64,000 nt of DNA, taken from the NCBI GenBank assembly GCA_024137785.1, contig JAHRHZ010000112.1, forward strand, positions 43,690,288 through 43,754,287, read 5' to 3'. Source of the DNA: Ginglymostoma cirratum (lineage: Eukaryota). Positions 11,254 through 25,291 of the stretch are shown here, piece by piece; positions within the stretch are counted from its first letter, which is position 1, and each line of letters begins with the position of its first letter. The notes beneath the pieces were generated by a model. That model was given only the letters and a program-made list of their open reading frames with translations, searched no databases and was not told where the DNA came from. Both the position numbers and the translations under genes were made by a program.

Positions 11254-14200
11254 CTGGTGATGTGATGTTGCTCATTGATGTACAAGAAGGTGTGGGTGCC
11301 CTGGACTGAGCATTGCAGCACAGCAAGCTCACCTGCCTGGTTGTGTGATGGAGCCTATTGCCAACAAAATAATAAGGCATGCTGCAGACACAACAGAACT
11401 GAACAGAAACAAAACTACTTTCTAAACAACCTACTTGGAGATATTTATACACACCTCTGGAGCAGGTGGGGCTTGAACCCAGGCCTCTTGGCTCAAGGGT
11501 AGGGACATTCCACCATGCCTTTTGTTCCGAAGAAGAGAAACTGGACCTGAAACATCAACTCTCCCTACAGTTGCTGCCAGACCTGCTGAGTTTCACAGCT
11601 GTTCCTGTTTGCCAAAGGCTTTTTGGGCACCACACTGGGTGTTTGTAACATCCAGTCAGTTGGGCTGTTAACAAGCTGTTTATGAAGCGATTAAGATCAT
11701 CAGTTGGGAACTCACCACTCCCTGGTGACAATCTTGTCACGCTGCTTGAGTGAAGGAGAATGTTGTTGGGGAGTAGCAATTTCAACAACCATCTTGGCCA
11801 ATTCTGCTACCCATTTCTCCATTGCCCATTTCATTCAGTTGCTCATTACATTCCAACCTTTAACTGTAAACAGGAAATTTCTGCCTATGCTCCCTAAATG
11901 ATAACTGACATTCATTGTCTTCTTCGCCACAATAGAAATAAATTGTTTAAACTACATCTAGTTGCCATATTTTACACACATTTCTGGTTTTTAAAACTTG
12001 ACAACTTCTATTTCATTCATTAGAGGCTGTATTTTTGCAAACATGAGAAAGACAATTTTCTTTCAATTTATTTGTTACGGGATTACTTTGAATCTTGAAA
12101 ATATCCAACATAATTTCCTGTAAACGACAGCAATAGTATAGCAGTTAACTATGTAGACTCACAGAGATAGAATGTGGTTGCATGACAACCTGAAAGTTCA
12201 TGAACTGAGCAGTAAGAAAAAAAATGCATATATTTCTGATTGCTTTCTGAAAGAAGACGATAACTGTGATTAGATGCACTGTCCCGCAGACTCCTCAGGG
12301 CAGGGCTCTATGGAATCCCAGGAAACAGTGTAGACCAGTTGTGTTAAATATTTGTCACTTCCTGGAGCTCCCTGGTGGACTCTGAGGGATGGAATCATTG
12401 CCAGCCCTTAAAAGGTAATAGCTGAGAGAAGATCATGGCATGGTCTCCATAAACTAGTTTGTCCCGTTGTCCCTTTGCCTCAGACAGCAGTTTGTCTTAT
12501 GGAGTTGGCAAACGTGCTGAGTGAGTGCGTCTTTTATTTGGTCCAGTGAGGGAGAGCCTGGTAACACATCTTTTAAAATTTATATTAATTTTAAATTCAC
12601 CAATAAATCCAGTTGCTTCAAGGATCTGTCTGACCATGACCGGGATTGGGGAAGTCTCGCCACCCTTCCCTCCATGGATGGGATTTAAAGTAGGTCTAGA
12701 CAGCTGGGCATCACTGCAGCACTGAGCCGTGAAACTGGGGTACTCTGTGTTCATCCAGCTCTACATCTTGTTGTCTCTACTCTCCTACTAACACTGCAAG
12801 CTACGTTGCAGCTGGAGGGCACCACAGGGCCCTGTTCTACTGTAACTGTCAGGATAATGGTCTGAAGAGTTTCATTGCCAGTAAAAATATCCTACATTTA
12901 AAGAAATATTTCAGCTTATGACACCTTCAGATATCAGCATCTTTTTCAGACAACAAAAAGGTAATTATAAATACATTTCACATAAATTCATCAAACTTAC
13001 TGCACATAATCATAAACAGCCACATTTAATTACGTATGAAAATTAATATGGATCAAAAATTATAGCCAAAGAAAACATAAATGTAAGAGATTATATCAGA
13101 GAAGGTATAATTAATGCACTTCTGTAAGAGATCTGCAGAAATGATTACATGCTTATTAGTACCATAAATCCCAATTAATTCATCATCATTATTACTTCAA
13201 CATGGCAAATAAATCTTCTGGCTATCGTTTCGAGTTATGCCCCTTAAAAAACCCCAGTAACACGTGTGAAAATTTACATATCTCCCCCACAATTTCAGTG
13301 AAAGCAAAGTCTGTGTTGAGGGATTTTCAGAATACAGTTGAAAATAAACTAATTCTCCATCAAAACTGAAGACTTAAATGACTTCAGCACACATCAATAC
13401 GCATTTTGAATATAGGTCAAGTCCCAAAATAGCCATATAGAGAGGCAGGGAATGTATTTTATGTTGGTGAAGTTTTGTGTGTGTGCTAAAGGAAGTGGGA
13501 AAAGTACTATCACCTGCATGTTTTGCATCAGGGCCCAGTTACACTATCCCCCCTAGAAAACTAATACCTACCCTGGATTTAAAACATCATCTCTCTAACC
13601 ACGCTGCATATGACCTGCAGCGTTGAATAATAACATTCCATAAATTCAGCATTTAAATGATTTACATGCTGCTATATTTAAGGGATTTAATTGATGTCAA
13701 AACCATTTGGACCCAATTGCTGCATGCATTGTCACATTATGTGAAAATAACATGAGCCAATGAAGGATCATCTACTCTAGATTGTAGTGCACTGAAGAAC
13801 AATATGATATTGTCAAACGACACAAAAGCTAATGAGCTTAGTTCAGACCTTCCTCAGAATGGAATGTAAACACCCAGTTAGTTAGCTGAAAGTATTTGCT
13901 TTCTGGCATTGTGCTTTCACTGAGCGGCCTTATCAGTTGCTAGAAAGTCTGCCTCATGCTCAAGATTTTCCAACCGTTTCAAGTGATGATTCAAAAATCA
14001 TGTCTAAAGAGCACTGAAATTTTGATAGGTGCATTTGGTGGTCAAATATTGATGAGGCGTCCATCTGTTAGGATCAAATCAGAGTTTTCCTTGGTCTCAC
14101 ACAGTAATGGATGACACAGACAGAACAATGAAAGAGGTTCTGTATAGTCAGTGTGAGCATTTAGGCACCAGAATATGAAACACGGTCTCAAAGATCATAA

Positions 14201-14351
14201 TGTCTGGATTATTACTAAGTCAAATACAAATTGGCCAACTGCAAATAAGAATAGAGAAACGAATGTGTGGCTCAAAGACTGATGTGGTAGAAGCACTGTG
14301 GCTCATGGGGAACTATACTGGTGCTGAAACTGATGAAAGTGAAATCTATAC

Positions 14352-14404
14352 CTTTGGTTTACATCTGAGCTGTGCTGGGCCAGGTGTTCTAGCAAGCTGC
14401 ATAA
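14352..14404 (-). CDS. Possible upstream start-codon exon (MQLARTPGPAQLRCKPK), speculative
   Basis: The acceptor ctctctatttcctcag is good, and the ATG is in frame to a phase-0 end AAG|gtatag, compatible with the 4883-4960 exon. The donor is weak and similarity to known DNMT3A N-termini is poor. Confidence 0.2.
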
Positions 14405-14751
14405 CTGAGGAAATAGAGAGTTTTAAACAAAATAACAGGGGCAAGGGGTTAAATTTTGAAAGGTGGCGGCACTGAAAGAGTCGAAACAAGATCAAAGAGA
14501 AAAGTATTAATATGTAAAAGGTAAGCAGAACTTGACAGGAAGGCATAGACAGTAATTCAATACAAAAGGGTAGAGGTTACAAAAATGAGGATGTACTTAA
14601 ATGTTCCATACTTGTTTCACAGCTAGTTTTTGAAATAAAACAAATGAAATAGAAATAAATATTAACCATTAAAAGAGTCATTGAAGAAAACTTCTCCAAA
14701 AGATTTAATAAGCTGTTTGCTAAGGGTACCATCTTTTGTGCTGTTAATTAT

Positions 14752-15830
14752 ATAGATTGGGATAGGAAGATAAAAAATGGTGTAGGGTTGGCTCTAGTTA
14801 ACTAATGATGGTATGAGCACAATAGAGAGGGATGGCCTAAGTTTGAGTGGAGATGATAAATGATAAAGACAAGAAGTCACTTATGGGAATAGTGTACAGG
14901 CTCTTAACAGTAACCATGTGGTAGAATAGAGTGGAAAGGAAGAAATTATGGCAGCAGTGACTATGGGGGATTTTACTGTACATAAAAACTGAAAAATCAG
15001 ATCATAGAATCCCTACAGTGTGGAAACAGGCCAATTGGTCCAACAAGTCCAAACCACCTATCTGAAGAGCATCCCACCGGACCCATTCTCCTACTCTTTT
15101 CCCTGTAACCCTACATTTCATATGGCTAATTCACCTTACTTACACATCCCTGAACAGTATGGACAATTTAGCATGGCCAATCCACCTAACCTGAACATCT
15201 CTGGAGTGTGGGAGGAAACCAGAGCACCCAGAGGAAACCCAAGCAGACACGAGGAGAATGTGCAGACTCCACACAGACAATCGCCCGAGGGGTGGAACTG
15301 AACCCCAGTCACTGGCACTGTGAGGTAGCAGTGCTAACCACTGAGCCACTGTGCCACCCTAATGGACAGTGATAGCCCAGAAGAGGAATTGATCAAATAT
15401 TTTTGGGATTGTTTCTTAGAACAGCAGGTTCTGGAACCAGCCAGACAACAGACTATACCAGAACTGGTATTGTACGAGAGAGGGTTAACTAATGACCTTG
15501 TAGTGAAATTGTCCTTAGAGAGTGGCAATCATAATATGATTGAATGTTACATCCAGTTTGAGCAAGAGTGGAGTGGGTCCAAGACTGGTATTTTAAACAT
15601 AAATAAGGACCATGATAAGGGCATGAAAGCAAAGTTCGCTATAGCAAACTAGCAAATTAGTTTAAGAGAAAGATCAGTTGAGATCAGTTGCACCAGATAA
15701 GGGGATACTTTGGATACATAGCCTTTTCAGAATCCACAGAAAAAGAAAAATTCCAAGGGGAGGTCCTATCACCCGCGGTTCACCATAGCAGTTAAAGTCA
15801 TTACCACACTTAAAGAAAAAGGTATATAAT
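14752..15830 (+). mobile_element. CR1 LINE ORF2 endonuclease-region fragment, interrupted by HE1
   Basis: Motifs DRKIKNGVGLAL, MGIVYR and MGDF, then after the SINE EEELIKYFWDCFLEQQVLEPARQQTIPELVL...SGNHNMIE (CR1 FLEQYVxEPTR...LDLVL...SDHNMI). Confidence 0.8.
15002..15359 (-). mobile_element. HE1-type V-SINE nested in CR1
   Basis: Same head, V-domain and tail as 10945-11253. Confidence 0.9.
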
Positions 15831-18800
15831 GAAGCTATTATGACCAAGACTGGAGGAGTGCACAGCCTCTCTCTAGACTCACTACTCCACTGGTCATATA
15901 CATTTAAATGAATAAAAAGACTTATCAACAAATTTCTTTAATAAATGGCAAAAAATATAAATTGATTACAAAATAAGACAGTCAGCAAAAATGCAGAGCT
16001 GGTTAACACACACAGTTTAAAATATGAAAGAATAAATCTTTATTCCTTTAAATGAACCAACACACATGCTAGGTGGAGAAAAATAATACCATTTACACCA
16101 CTGAGATTAACTTTGGGGGAAAAAATTGTGGCCAATAATTGTTAGCTCACGAAAGAAAAACAGATAAAGTATGAAATGTTCAAAATGTCTTTCCATCTCT
16201 GCAGGTGTCACCAAACATTGTTGTCTCTGGGATCTTTGTAGACATGGATTACTCAGGAACTGTTGAGACAAACTCAACAATTTCTGAATGCTTTTCAGAA
16301 AGACAGCTTGATCACTCACAACAAGGGTCTCTCAGAAAGGCAGGGGTTGATCTATGTAGAATCTTTCTCTCAGCAGGTTATTACCCAATGGAAACCAAGA
16401 GACCTCCAAATAAAGTCTCATTCCTGACATCCATAAACCTAGTCAGGTGGTTTCCAGTAAACAGGTCAAACAATTCGCTTAAACCACGTGAATTGTAAGA
16501 AGTGTCCAATTTTTAAAGAAAATTTCCAATCCGTCGGAATTAAATTTCCACCAGCTTTCTAGAGAAAATTGTTTGAACGTCTACACAGAACTTAAAATAA
16601 ACTATCGTTCACAATCCTTGTTTGATAAATGCCATAAGAAGGCTGAAAGCTTTACATGAGCAGTCGAGATCAGTGAATCTGTTTTCAAATGCTGTAGCTC
16701 ACTCAAGGTCTGACAAGCCCATCATCCAAATACATTGCACTCTATTCACTGACACTTCCCTGTCTCCTGGAAGGGAATGTGTAACTGGAGGCAGCAACAC
16801 CTAACTAGCAGGTAGCTGGCACAGCTTCTCACCTTCACCAAGTACCTACAGACAGGCCATTGCTGAGATGGTGATCAGTGGCAGGGCTGAAAATATTGTC
16901 GATGATGGTATCCTGACACCAAATTTCCTTTCGCCTGTCCCACTTCCGCCTCATTCCACAATCTCTTCTCATTTACAAGCTGCACTTGGTGTAAGCATAT
17001 GCTTTTTGTTTCGATCTCAACCATCCCATCCAACATCCCCCACCCCGGCCACCACCCATCAAGCCCGCCATTGCGCTCTCTTGCTTTGAGTTTTCCAACA
17101 ACTGTGACTCCATTTGAGGCGGTAAACAATCATTCAATGCCTTGTTGAAAGCTTTCCAAATGTTGAAATATATGACTGTATGACTCTATGTTGGCTAAGA
17201 TTCTTTATCCATAAACTAGTAGGTAACTCCTTATATGGTTCAAACCTGTTTTTGAGACGTGATTTTTTTTCCCTAGAAGCCATATTTCAGGTTTTCAATA
17301 ATCTACGACTCTGTCCAGGTTGTCAAACAGGAACCTTAAATCATTCTTTCTCACAAATTCTCAATAATTGGAGTTAAGCCAATGAGCCCATAATTATTTG
17401 ATTTTCTGGTATTTTTAAAACTTGGTGCAATATCCCACTCTCTTTAATCCATGAGGTTTTTCCCTGTTTCTGATCACATGTATATAGTTCATTAAACCAA
17501 TATACTGGAATGCCTCGTTGCTGAACCATTTCTGAAACATATTCAAGCAACAGAAATTATTTTGAAATGACACAAACTGCTTCTCAGTTATGGTGGTACC
17601 CTATAATTATGCAGGCCATCCTGTGGCCTGACATTGCGACTAAACCAACATATACCGCTCGCTTATGCATATCATTCCATTGCAAAGTACATTATCAATA
17701 ATGAAATCATTTAATCAGCAAGGTATTTATCAGATGTTGTAAGAGTTATACATTGAATTCAAAAAAAGACCTAATTCCAGATTATGAGGTCAGTGCGTAA
17801 GTGACAGTGCTTGACATTGACCTTGACGAAAACTTCCCAAAGGATTTAATAAGCTCTGTTCCAAGAATATCATCTTTCCTGCTGCTAATTTCATCCTGCA
17901 GCTTGCTAGAGGTAATCACTGTCTTCCAGCAACAGCCACGTCATTACACAGGCTGAGGAACCAATCATTATCGAAGGTTCTCATTTAAAAAAACCAGGGT
18001 TTAAAGAGCAGGTATTCATTTTTCTAATTAATATTTTACAGAAAGCAAAATAAGGTCTGGGATTTACACATGGAATTAATGAAAACTCTGAAACAGCTCA
18101 AATTTTTTTAGACATTTCGCAAGCCTATGAACTTTTTTTAAGCATTAAATGGAGATACTTAACAATCCATCAATATAAAGTTAAGAGTTCAGTGCCAGAG
18201 AGAATTTACTAACAAGGAATAACACACAATTAAACCTCAATTTTATCTCCAACACCAAGGTATAGCTTTTCCAAAAGTTATTGCACCAAGAATAATTGTG
18301 CAAGGAGCTGAAGATCACATCAGTTAGTCATTTCTAATTGAATACCATCTTTGACGGCTTCAAACTCACATCCTACAGAGCAATGGGGAATCACTGACAC
18401 CAATTTCTTTTGTCTGCATTGGTGCATTTGGCAGAAATAGCTGTAAATGCAGGACTACATTCTCACTCTTGTTCTCAATACAACTGTAATATCTGGGCTG
18501 TGAGCAAACTTGCAGAATGGATATGCAATTGACGAATTAATTCCAAGACAGAAAAATGTAGAATATTATATTTTAAAGGGAAGAATAAGGAAGCTACACA
18601 GTACTTTGACAGTACAAGTCTAAATGTGGCAAATCCACATATTATTTGAAGTCTAGCCAGGTCCTGTTTCTGTGCCATATATTCAATGAGCCAACAAAAT
18701 ATTGTCAGTAAATAGAACATTACAAGGGCTTTGGTGAAATGATTATTCTAAGGTTGCAAGCCAAATAAAACACAATTAACTTTCCAATAAAGTGCCCATT

Positions 18801-19690
18801 GATCAGCTTAATTGCAACATAATGTCTCTATTGTCTGTTGAAAATTATCTCAAAAAATTTACAACAGGAATACTAGTAAAGAATATTAGATCAACCTATG
18901 TCTCAGGTAGAAATTCATAGAGACTCTGGAATATTCAGCTAAACAGCAAAACACACACCAAAATGGTGACAACTATAACTTCACCCACTCTCTAAAACTA
19001 AATACAGGTTTCCTTCTAAACAGATGGGACTCCATATGGCATGAACCTGGACTTCTGTTTGTACTGGTATCTGTACTGTTTGAACACAATGAAATGTCAC
19101 ACCCACATAATATTTTATGAATGGAATATTCACCACCAAAGAATTTTAGTAAAGCTGTAACATAATTAGAGTGAAGCATACAAAATATACTATACGTTGG
19201 TTAACTTGTGTGTAATACATCTTGTTTTAAGAACATTTGCGATGCCAAGGTGCACACTGAGAACTGCAGGTCATTCTAACAACTGTAAAAATGATATGCT
19301 TATAAGAGATATCAGGCTGTGCTGCAATTTAAGCTGTGGGGTGTTATTGACAGTTATGAAGGTAATCAGTTTTGATCTTATGGTTTATGACTCAGTTCAT
19401 ACCATCAATTACCTAACAGATTTGTTAGTATTTTTCGTTATCTGCAATTCACAGGTAAGTTCTTTTAAAAGAAGATGCTCCAAATTAATGTGAGCGTCGA
19501 GTCCCAACTGATAATTACAGGAGAAGTCAATGTTTAAAACACGGATAGAGGGCAGTATATGAAGAGGGGTGAGAGGCAGTTAGCTCAGTTGGCAAGATGA
19601 CTCATGTGCGAATCAAATTAGTGCCAACAGCACATGATCTGATTTTTGTTTGGGCTGAAATGGATTTGGGGCCAGATTCCTCACCTGATC

Positions 19691-20581
19691 TGTTGTGAAA
19701 ATCAGGACACTTTGCTGTGGTTTCATGAATCATCACCAAGAATCTTGTCACAAAGATGCTTCATCCTTAATATTGCTTGGAGGACTTTGGCAATTTATGG
19801 CAAAAGGAATTTATTTCAGATTTTATGCACACACCTCAGGTAGCTTCTTTAAAAGTGATCACGGAAGGTTCACTGTGGATAATGTAGAATGATTTTAAAT
19901 GGGCTTCCGGGAAATCACATGACTGGTGATAACTGCTTCCTTTGCTGTAGACCCTGCTGGGGCTGTTTCGAATATTGCTTGGCTTGGAGGGGTTCTTGTT
20001 TTATGTGATTCAGTTGGAGAGATGTCTGCTGAGAACAAGCTGCCTAGCTATTCATGCACATTTCTGTAAAACGTACTTTCTACATCAATTCAGCGTGGAA
20101 CCTAAGTGTTCTTTTGAAAAAGTGATTGAAAGAACATCTCAAGAAAGCTGTATCTGCCAGACATCAGAGATAACCATGCATAATGACTTGACCATATATT
20201 CTAGAATAACAGAGAAACAGACTCTAGAACATCCCGCACTTTATTCTTTTCCCTTCAATAATGACCCTTTGGTCAATGTGCCCTGTTCCAGAAAGCCAAT
20301 CTCTATAAAGTAATCTGTGCTTGTTTCTCTCACTCTATAGTAGATGTGTGCGTCTTTCTGTGTGGGATTTTGGAAATACTTTGAGGGAAATGCATTTATA
20401 CTTCCACATTCCTAACTATGTATGTTAACTAGTTATTGCAAATATATTGAATATATTTTGTTTAATATTAAATCCATAACTGTGTCTGCTATGAAATCAG
20501 GTTGATGGGTCTTTTTTCTTTTAAAATTTGATGGTCAGTGAAACTAGAGCGTTAATGTGTTCTCCAGCCTTGGTTGTAGCA
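19691..20581. mobile_element. Probable solo LTR inserted in a tRNA-derived SINE
   Basis: It begins tgttgtg and ends tgtagca (TG...CA), directly after a SINE head ggcagttagctcagttgg at about 19575. The TSD is unclear. Confidence 0.35.
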
Positions 20582-22104
20582 ATCTGCCTCCAGGCAGAGA
20601 GAACTGAAGAAATGTAAAACCGAACAACTACGGCTGACAGAGAAATGCAAACCACCAGAAAATTATAAAAGAAGAGTGTGATTCTAGGTTGTGAACATTG
20701 CTAGCCAATTGCTTGAGAAAGCAGTGATATGATATGATGTAGGTTTATCTATAGTGACTGTTACAGAATTTCAACAGGAGTGAGGAATGATGGTGACACA
20801 GCCCAGTCAGGATGGTGTGTGGTTTGGAGGGAAACTTACAGCTAGTGGTGATCACATAGCTCTCTTGCCCTGATCAAAGGACTTATCTCCCTCTGTGCAG
20901 GTTGCATTCAATCTGTTAGGCTCATTTCAGAGCAAAATACTACAGATGCTGGAATTCCAGCATAAATGCTGGAAATACTCAATGGGTCTACAGCATCCCT
21001 GCAGACAGAAAGACAATTAACATTTCATCCATCATGTCAGGCTCATTCTTGATTTCTGACTCTTGCATCTCCTTGATCTGATAGAAATGTTACAACAATA
21101 GTGATACTTATTCATGCTCAAAGACTAAATTCCATAATAATCAGGAGCAAACTGTCAGCACTGAACTGAGACACTAAGAGTTGCAGCTAAGAACAATAGT
21201 GCAGAGAGATTATGATCATGTTGACTTGGATAAAGGGATATGCGAAATGGAGAGGAAAGAGGAGAGAACAAAGTAACTGAGTGTCAAGTCAGCATTAGTA
21301 AAGAAAAGGCATCTAGAAATAAATCAGCAACAAGAAAGATGTCAGAACCTCGACAAGGAAGTCAGAGGTTGGAATAGAATAGAAATATTACATTCCATGT
21401 ATTGACTTTTTGTGTATGTGGATTATCATTACTTATAAAGAGATCCAGATCTGATAACACCTATTACTACATATGTAATGAAAGAGATCATAAGGAATGT
21501 GGGGAGTATATACGCTGATGGATAACTGATACACCTACATTGCAGTATGGTGTTGAGCTCATTATGGCCATGATTTTTACTTAAATTGGAACTATCCTCT
21601 AATGCAGTTAAAGCCTGACCAGCACTCCAGCTCCCATCTTAGTGCTGGAAGATGGGACTAGAGCAGATAGGTGGTTGACGGCTAATGTAGACACAATGAG
21701 CTGAAGGGCCTCTTTCTGTTGTTTGAAATCCATGATTCAACTTGCCCTTCGAACAGAACCTGGGCCCCGCATCACTGAAAAATTCCCGACTACTGCTGCC
21801 TGTCACTCCCAGTGCCATCATCCATGTCTGATGTTCCCATGTTCATGTCTGGTACCCTTCCCCAGGCTTGTGATCCTTCACTTGTTGCTGGAGTCTAATC
21901 GTGTTGGTCTGGCACTCTCGGCATGTGTTAGAGTCGGGTGTAATGAGTAAAGGTTGTTTTGTGGTCCTTTTCGGACCCACGCTTATAGAAATGGCAAAAA
22001 TTTAATAAAAGAGGAGTTATTACAAGTAGAAATGAAGATGCATGTTCAAAATGGTTAACCATTTCCATAAGACTTCAGTGCATTGCCATAACACCTCCAA
22101 CTTC

Positions 22105-22225
22105 TGAAGAAGGATCTCCACCTGAAACATTGATTTTCCTGCTCCTCTGATGCTGCCTGGCCTGCTGTGTTCCTCCAGTTGCACACTGTGTTGTCTCTGA
22201 CTCCAGCATCTGCAGTTCTTGCTAT
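22105..22225 (+). mobile_element. Single Penelope-like terminal repeat with degenerate hammerhead core
   Basis: ctgaagaaggatctccacctgaaacattgattttcctgctcctctgatgctgcc..., flanked by ctccaacttc (22095-22104) and ctccaagttc (22226-22235). Confidence 0.75.
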
Positions 22226-23238
22226 CTCCAAGTTCCTTGATGTAATTAATTACTTTGACTGAACTCTCTAGTGAGTTTTATTTACTTAGAAGTTCAGTAT
22301 TCCTTTGTGCATCCTACAAGCAGGATTCTGTGCAGCTGTGGCTCCAGAACAGAGCTTTCCTAGGCAGGAGTATAATTTGGAAAAATGAAGCTTGAGTGTC
22401 ACAGTTTCTTTTTGACAAACTTATCCAGCCATACTCTGGGAGCAATGCATCATTAAACTTGCCTTGTATCCTTTTAACTGTAAATGAGCAAAATTCAGGA
22501 TTGACTCACTGTTTTGTCCAAGTTTTCTCGCCCCAAGTATTTTTCCACTGGCAGACTAGAAGCATATTTGCTTTTGTAAATGGATTTCTTTTCTCTCATA
22601 TTTATCCTTCAAGTGAATATACAATGGTTTTGAAAATGTTTGTACTTTACACTAAGCATCATTGCTACGAGGGAATTTCTGCCAATAGTAACAAACATGA
22701 GGAAGTCAGTTAAAGGATTTGGTCTAATCCTGTGGTTTAATGTTTATAAAATTACTCTGATAATTTATGACATGATATGACTGCCCTGATTAGGTTCTTT
22801 GCCTTGCCACTCATTCCAGCATATCTACTGTTCATTATCTTTGTTTATATTGCAGTAGAGGATTATTTTTGAAGTTCAATTAATAATTAATAGAATACAG
22901 CACTTTCCATTGTATAAAAATCTGATAATAGAAAGGACAGATGATTATCTAATGATAAAAATTGAGAAATTAATAAGTGGGCCATAGTATCATATTATAA
23001 CAGTGCATTACCACGATATGTTAAGTCTAGGAAGCAACATGTACGTGTCAAGGGCCTTGATCTGAAGATACTTTTAATTCCATGCTTTTATTCACGCTAC
23101 AAGAGAGTGGTGTCAAAATATTTGTTACTCAAATTACAACAGCAGAATGCATCTCTCATATTCTAACAGCATGTACACCCATGAAATGGAGCCAATTTTA
23201 CCAGTGCCAATACAGGCAACCATGCTGCCTTTGATATT

Positions 23239-23546
23239 ATAGAATGATTGAATCCCAACAGTGTGGAAACAGGCCATTCAGTCCAACAAGTCCACACCAA
23301 CCCGCTGAAGAGCATCTCACTCAGACCACCCCTACTCTATCCCTGTATCCCTGCATTTTCCATGGCCTATCCACCTAACCTGCACATCTTTGGACTGTGG
23401 GAGGAAATCGGAGTACCCAGAGGAAATCCACATGGACACGGGGAGAATCTGCAAACTCCACACAGACAGTCACCCGAGGCTGGGATCAAACCCGGGTCCC
23501 TGGTGCTGTGAGGCAGCGGTGCTAACCACCGAGCCACTGTGCCACC
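23239..23546 (-). mobile_element. HE1-type V-SINE
   Basis: Same structure as the other HE1 copies. Confidence 0.9.
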
Positions 23547-24197
23547 TATATGCCCTATCTTTGTTCTATTAAAATCATGGAATGAAAGTTAGACAGTTTC
23601 AAAAAGGGGAGACAGTCCAAGCAACCAAATCCCCATTGAAGTTTCAAATGGCAGCAGATGGTAAACTTAAAGAATTTTTACTAAAATAGACAATATTATT
23701 GTATAATGACCTGTACCACATTACAAACATTCAATTCAGTAAGTCCACACATTAAAAACATTAAAAATGTCATAAACAAGAAAAATTTATTTGTCTCATT
23801 AAGACCCCATCCAGTAATAATCGTAACTTTCCCATTTTAGCATTCAGCTGCAGTTATGGCATTTCCAATATCTCAGATTTCACAAAATTGTTCATGACCA
23901 CTACTCCTCGAAGATGGAATAACAACCTTTGGAGACTGTGTGGGTGTGAAAGGACATTAACGCAGAAGTTGTTGTCAGTGACTCTATTCTCCACAGGGTG
24001 TGCTGTTTAGATTCCCCATCCTCAAAAAGACATCAATAAACTGACAAGAGCTCCCCCTTTTACACGAGTGGTTATCTGTAAAAACTCCCTGAAAATGTTC
24101 CATTTTGTTGTATGAGGTTTATCTGGGTTGTCAAATGGTGTACTAACTTCGTATTCCTGCCAATCATCTTCACTGGATCTGAAACACTACAGTTATA

Positions 24198-24415
24198 TGA
24201 AATAACTGCACAGAGGCCGGTGTCCTGACACCAAGTCCCCCTTTATTCATATTGCGCAGAGTACATGGGCTCTGACCAGACAGCTCGGAGTCAGTCCCTA
24301 CACTCCTGTTTATATCTGTCAGCCAGGGCTCCCTGACTGGGGCTGTAAACCTGAGCCAATCAGGGATCTCATACTTAATGAGATCTACCCGGCCAACCTC
24401 ATTCTAAACACTACA
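24198..24415 (-). mobile_element. Solo LTR (Gypsy-like)
   Basis: The minus strand runs TGTAGTG...TTATTTCA, with internal cagggagccctggctgacagatataaa and AATAAA. It is homologous to 51818-52056. Confidence 0.7.
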
Positions 24416-24599
24416 GGACAATAACAAAATTTTATTTTCCACAAATAAGATTAAAATATTCACATTTTTTTCAATTAGAATATTATGTTAAAAGTAGATT
24501 ATGGTATTTCTGCTTTTATCATATTCCCAAGTTTATATTGTAACTATTGATTATGTTCCAATTAAAAATTAAATTCAGTGAATTTTGTTTCTTGGATTT

Positions 24600-24920
24600 T
24601 ATTTATATGTTCAGAGGATGACAGTGTCATTGGCAAGGTCAAGAGTTATTGTCCATTCCTAACTGCCCAGAGGGAAATTAAGAGTCAATCACATTGTACT
24701 GGCCTGGAGTCACAAGTAGGCCAGACCAGGAAAGGATGGCAGTTTCCTTCCTTAAATGACATTTGTGAACCAGACGGGTTTTTCCAACAATTGACTCATG
24801 GCCATCACCAGGTTTTAATTGAATTCAAATTTCACAATCTGCCATGGTGGGATCCTTAGAACATTACCTGGGTCTCTGAATTAATGTCTAGCGATAATAC
24901 CACTAGCTAACACCTCCCCT
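24600..24920 (-). mobile_element. tRNA-derived SINE (shark SINE2 family with GGGGAGG head)
   Basis: Homologous to the cleaner copy at 58480-58840. Confidence 0.8.
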
Positions 24921-25099
24921 TGTGAGAACACGTCTGTGTGATTGATTGCTTTTACTGCTGGACAAAACCAGATGCCATTTATTTAGTGTCAGATTCAAAA
25001 TGGCATTGGGAAAGGGGAAATCCATGCCAACTGTGGGCAACTGTCTGTGAGGTCAGCTACAAGTGCCATCACCTTGTTGCTGAACACAAATTTCAGAGC

Positions 25100-25291
25100 C
25101 AACAGAAGCAAAGTTGCTGGAAAAGTTCAGCAGGTCAGGCAGTATCTGTGAAGGAAAAAATAGAGTCAACATTTCGGGTCCGATGATGTTAACTCTGCTT
25201 TTTCCTTCACAGATGCTGCCATACCTGCTGAGATTTTCCAGCAACTTTGTTTTTGTTCCTGATTTACAGCATCTGCAGTTCTTTCAGTTTT
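25100..25291. mobile_element. Fold-back Penelope-like derivative with 13-bp TSD and the 5' part of the hammerhead core deleted
   Basis: caaatttcagagc occurs at 25087-25099 and 25292-25304. Inverted arms gttgctggaaaagttcagcagg and cctgctgagattttccagcaac. Confidence 0.85.

Noticed and set aside
12740-12891. GTGCCCTCCAGC resembling the DNMT3A MPSS start
   Set aside because: It has GTG rather than ATG, no suitable donor and a stop soon after; it also adjoins probable repeat sequence.
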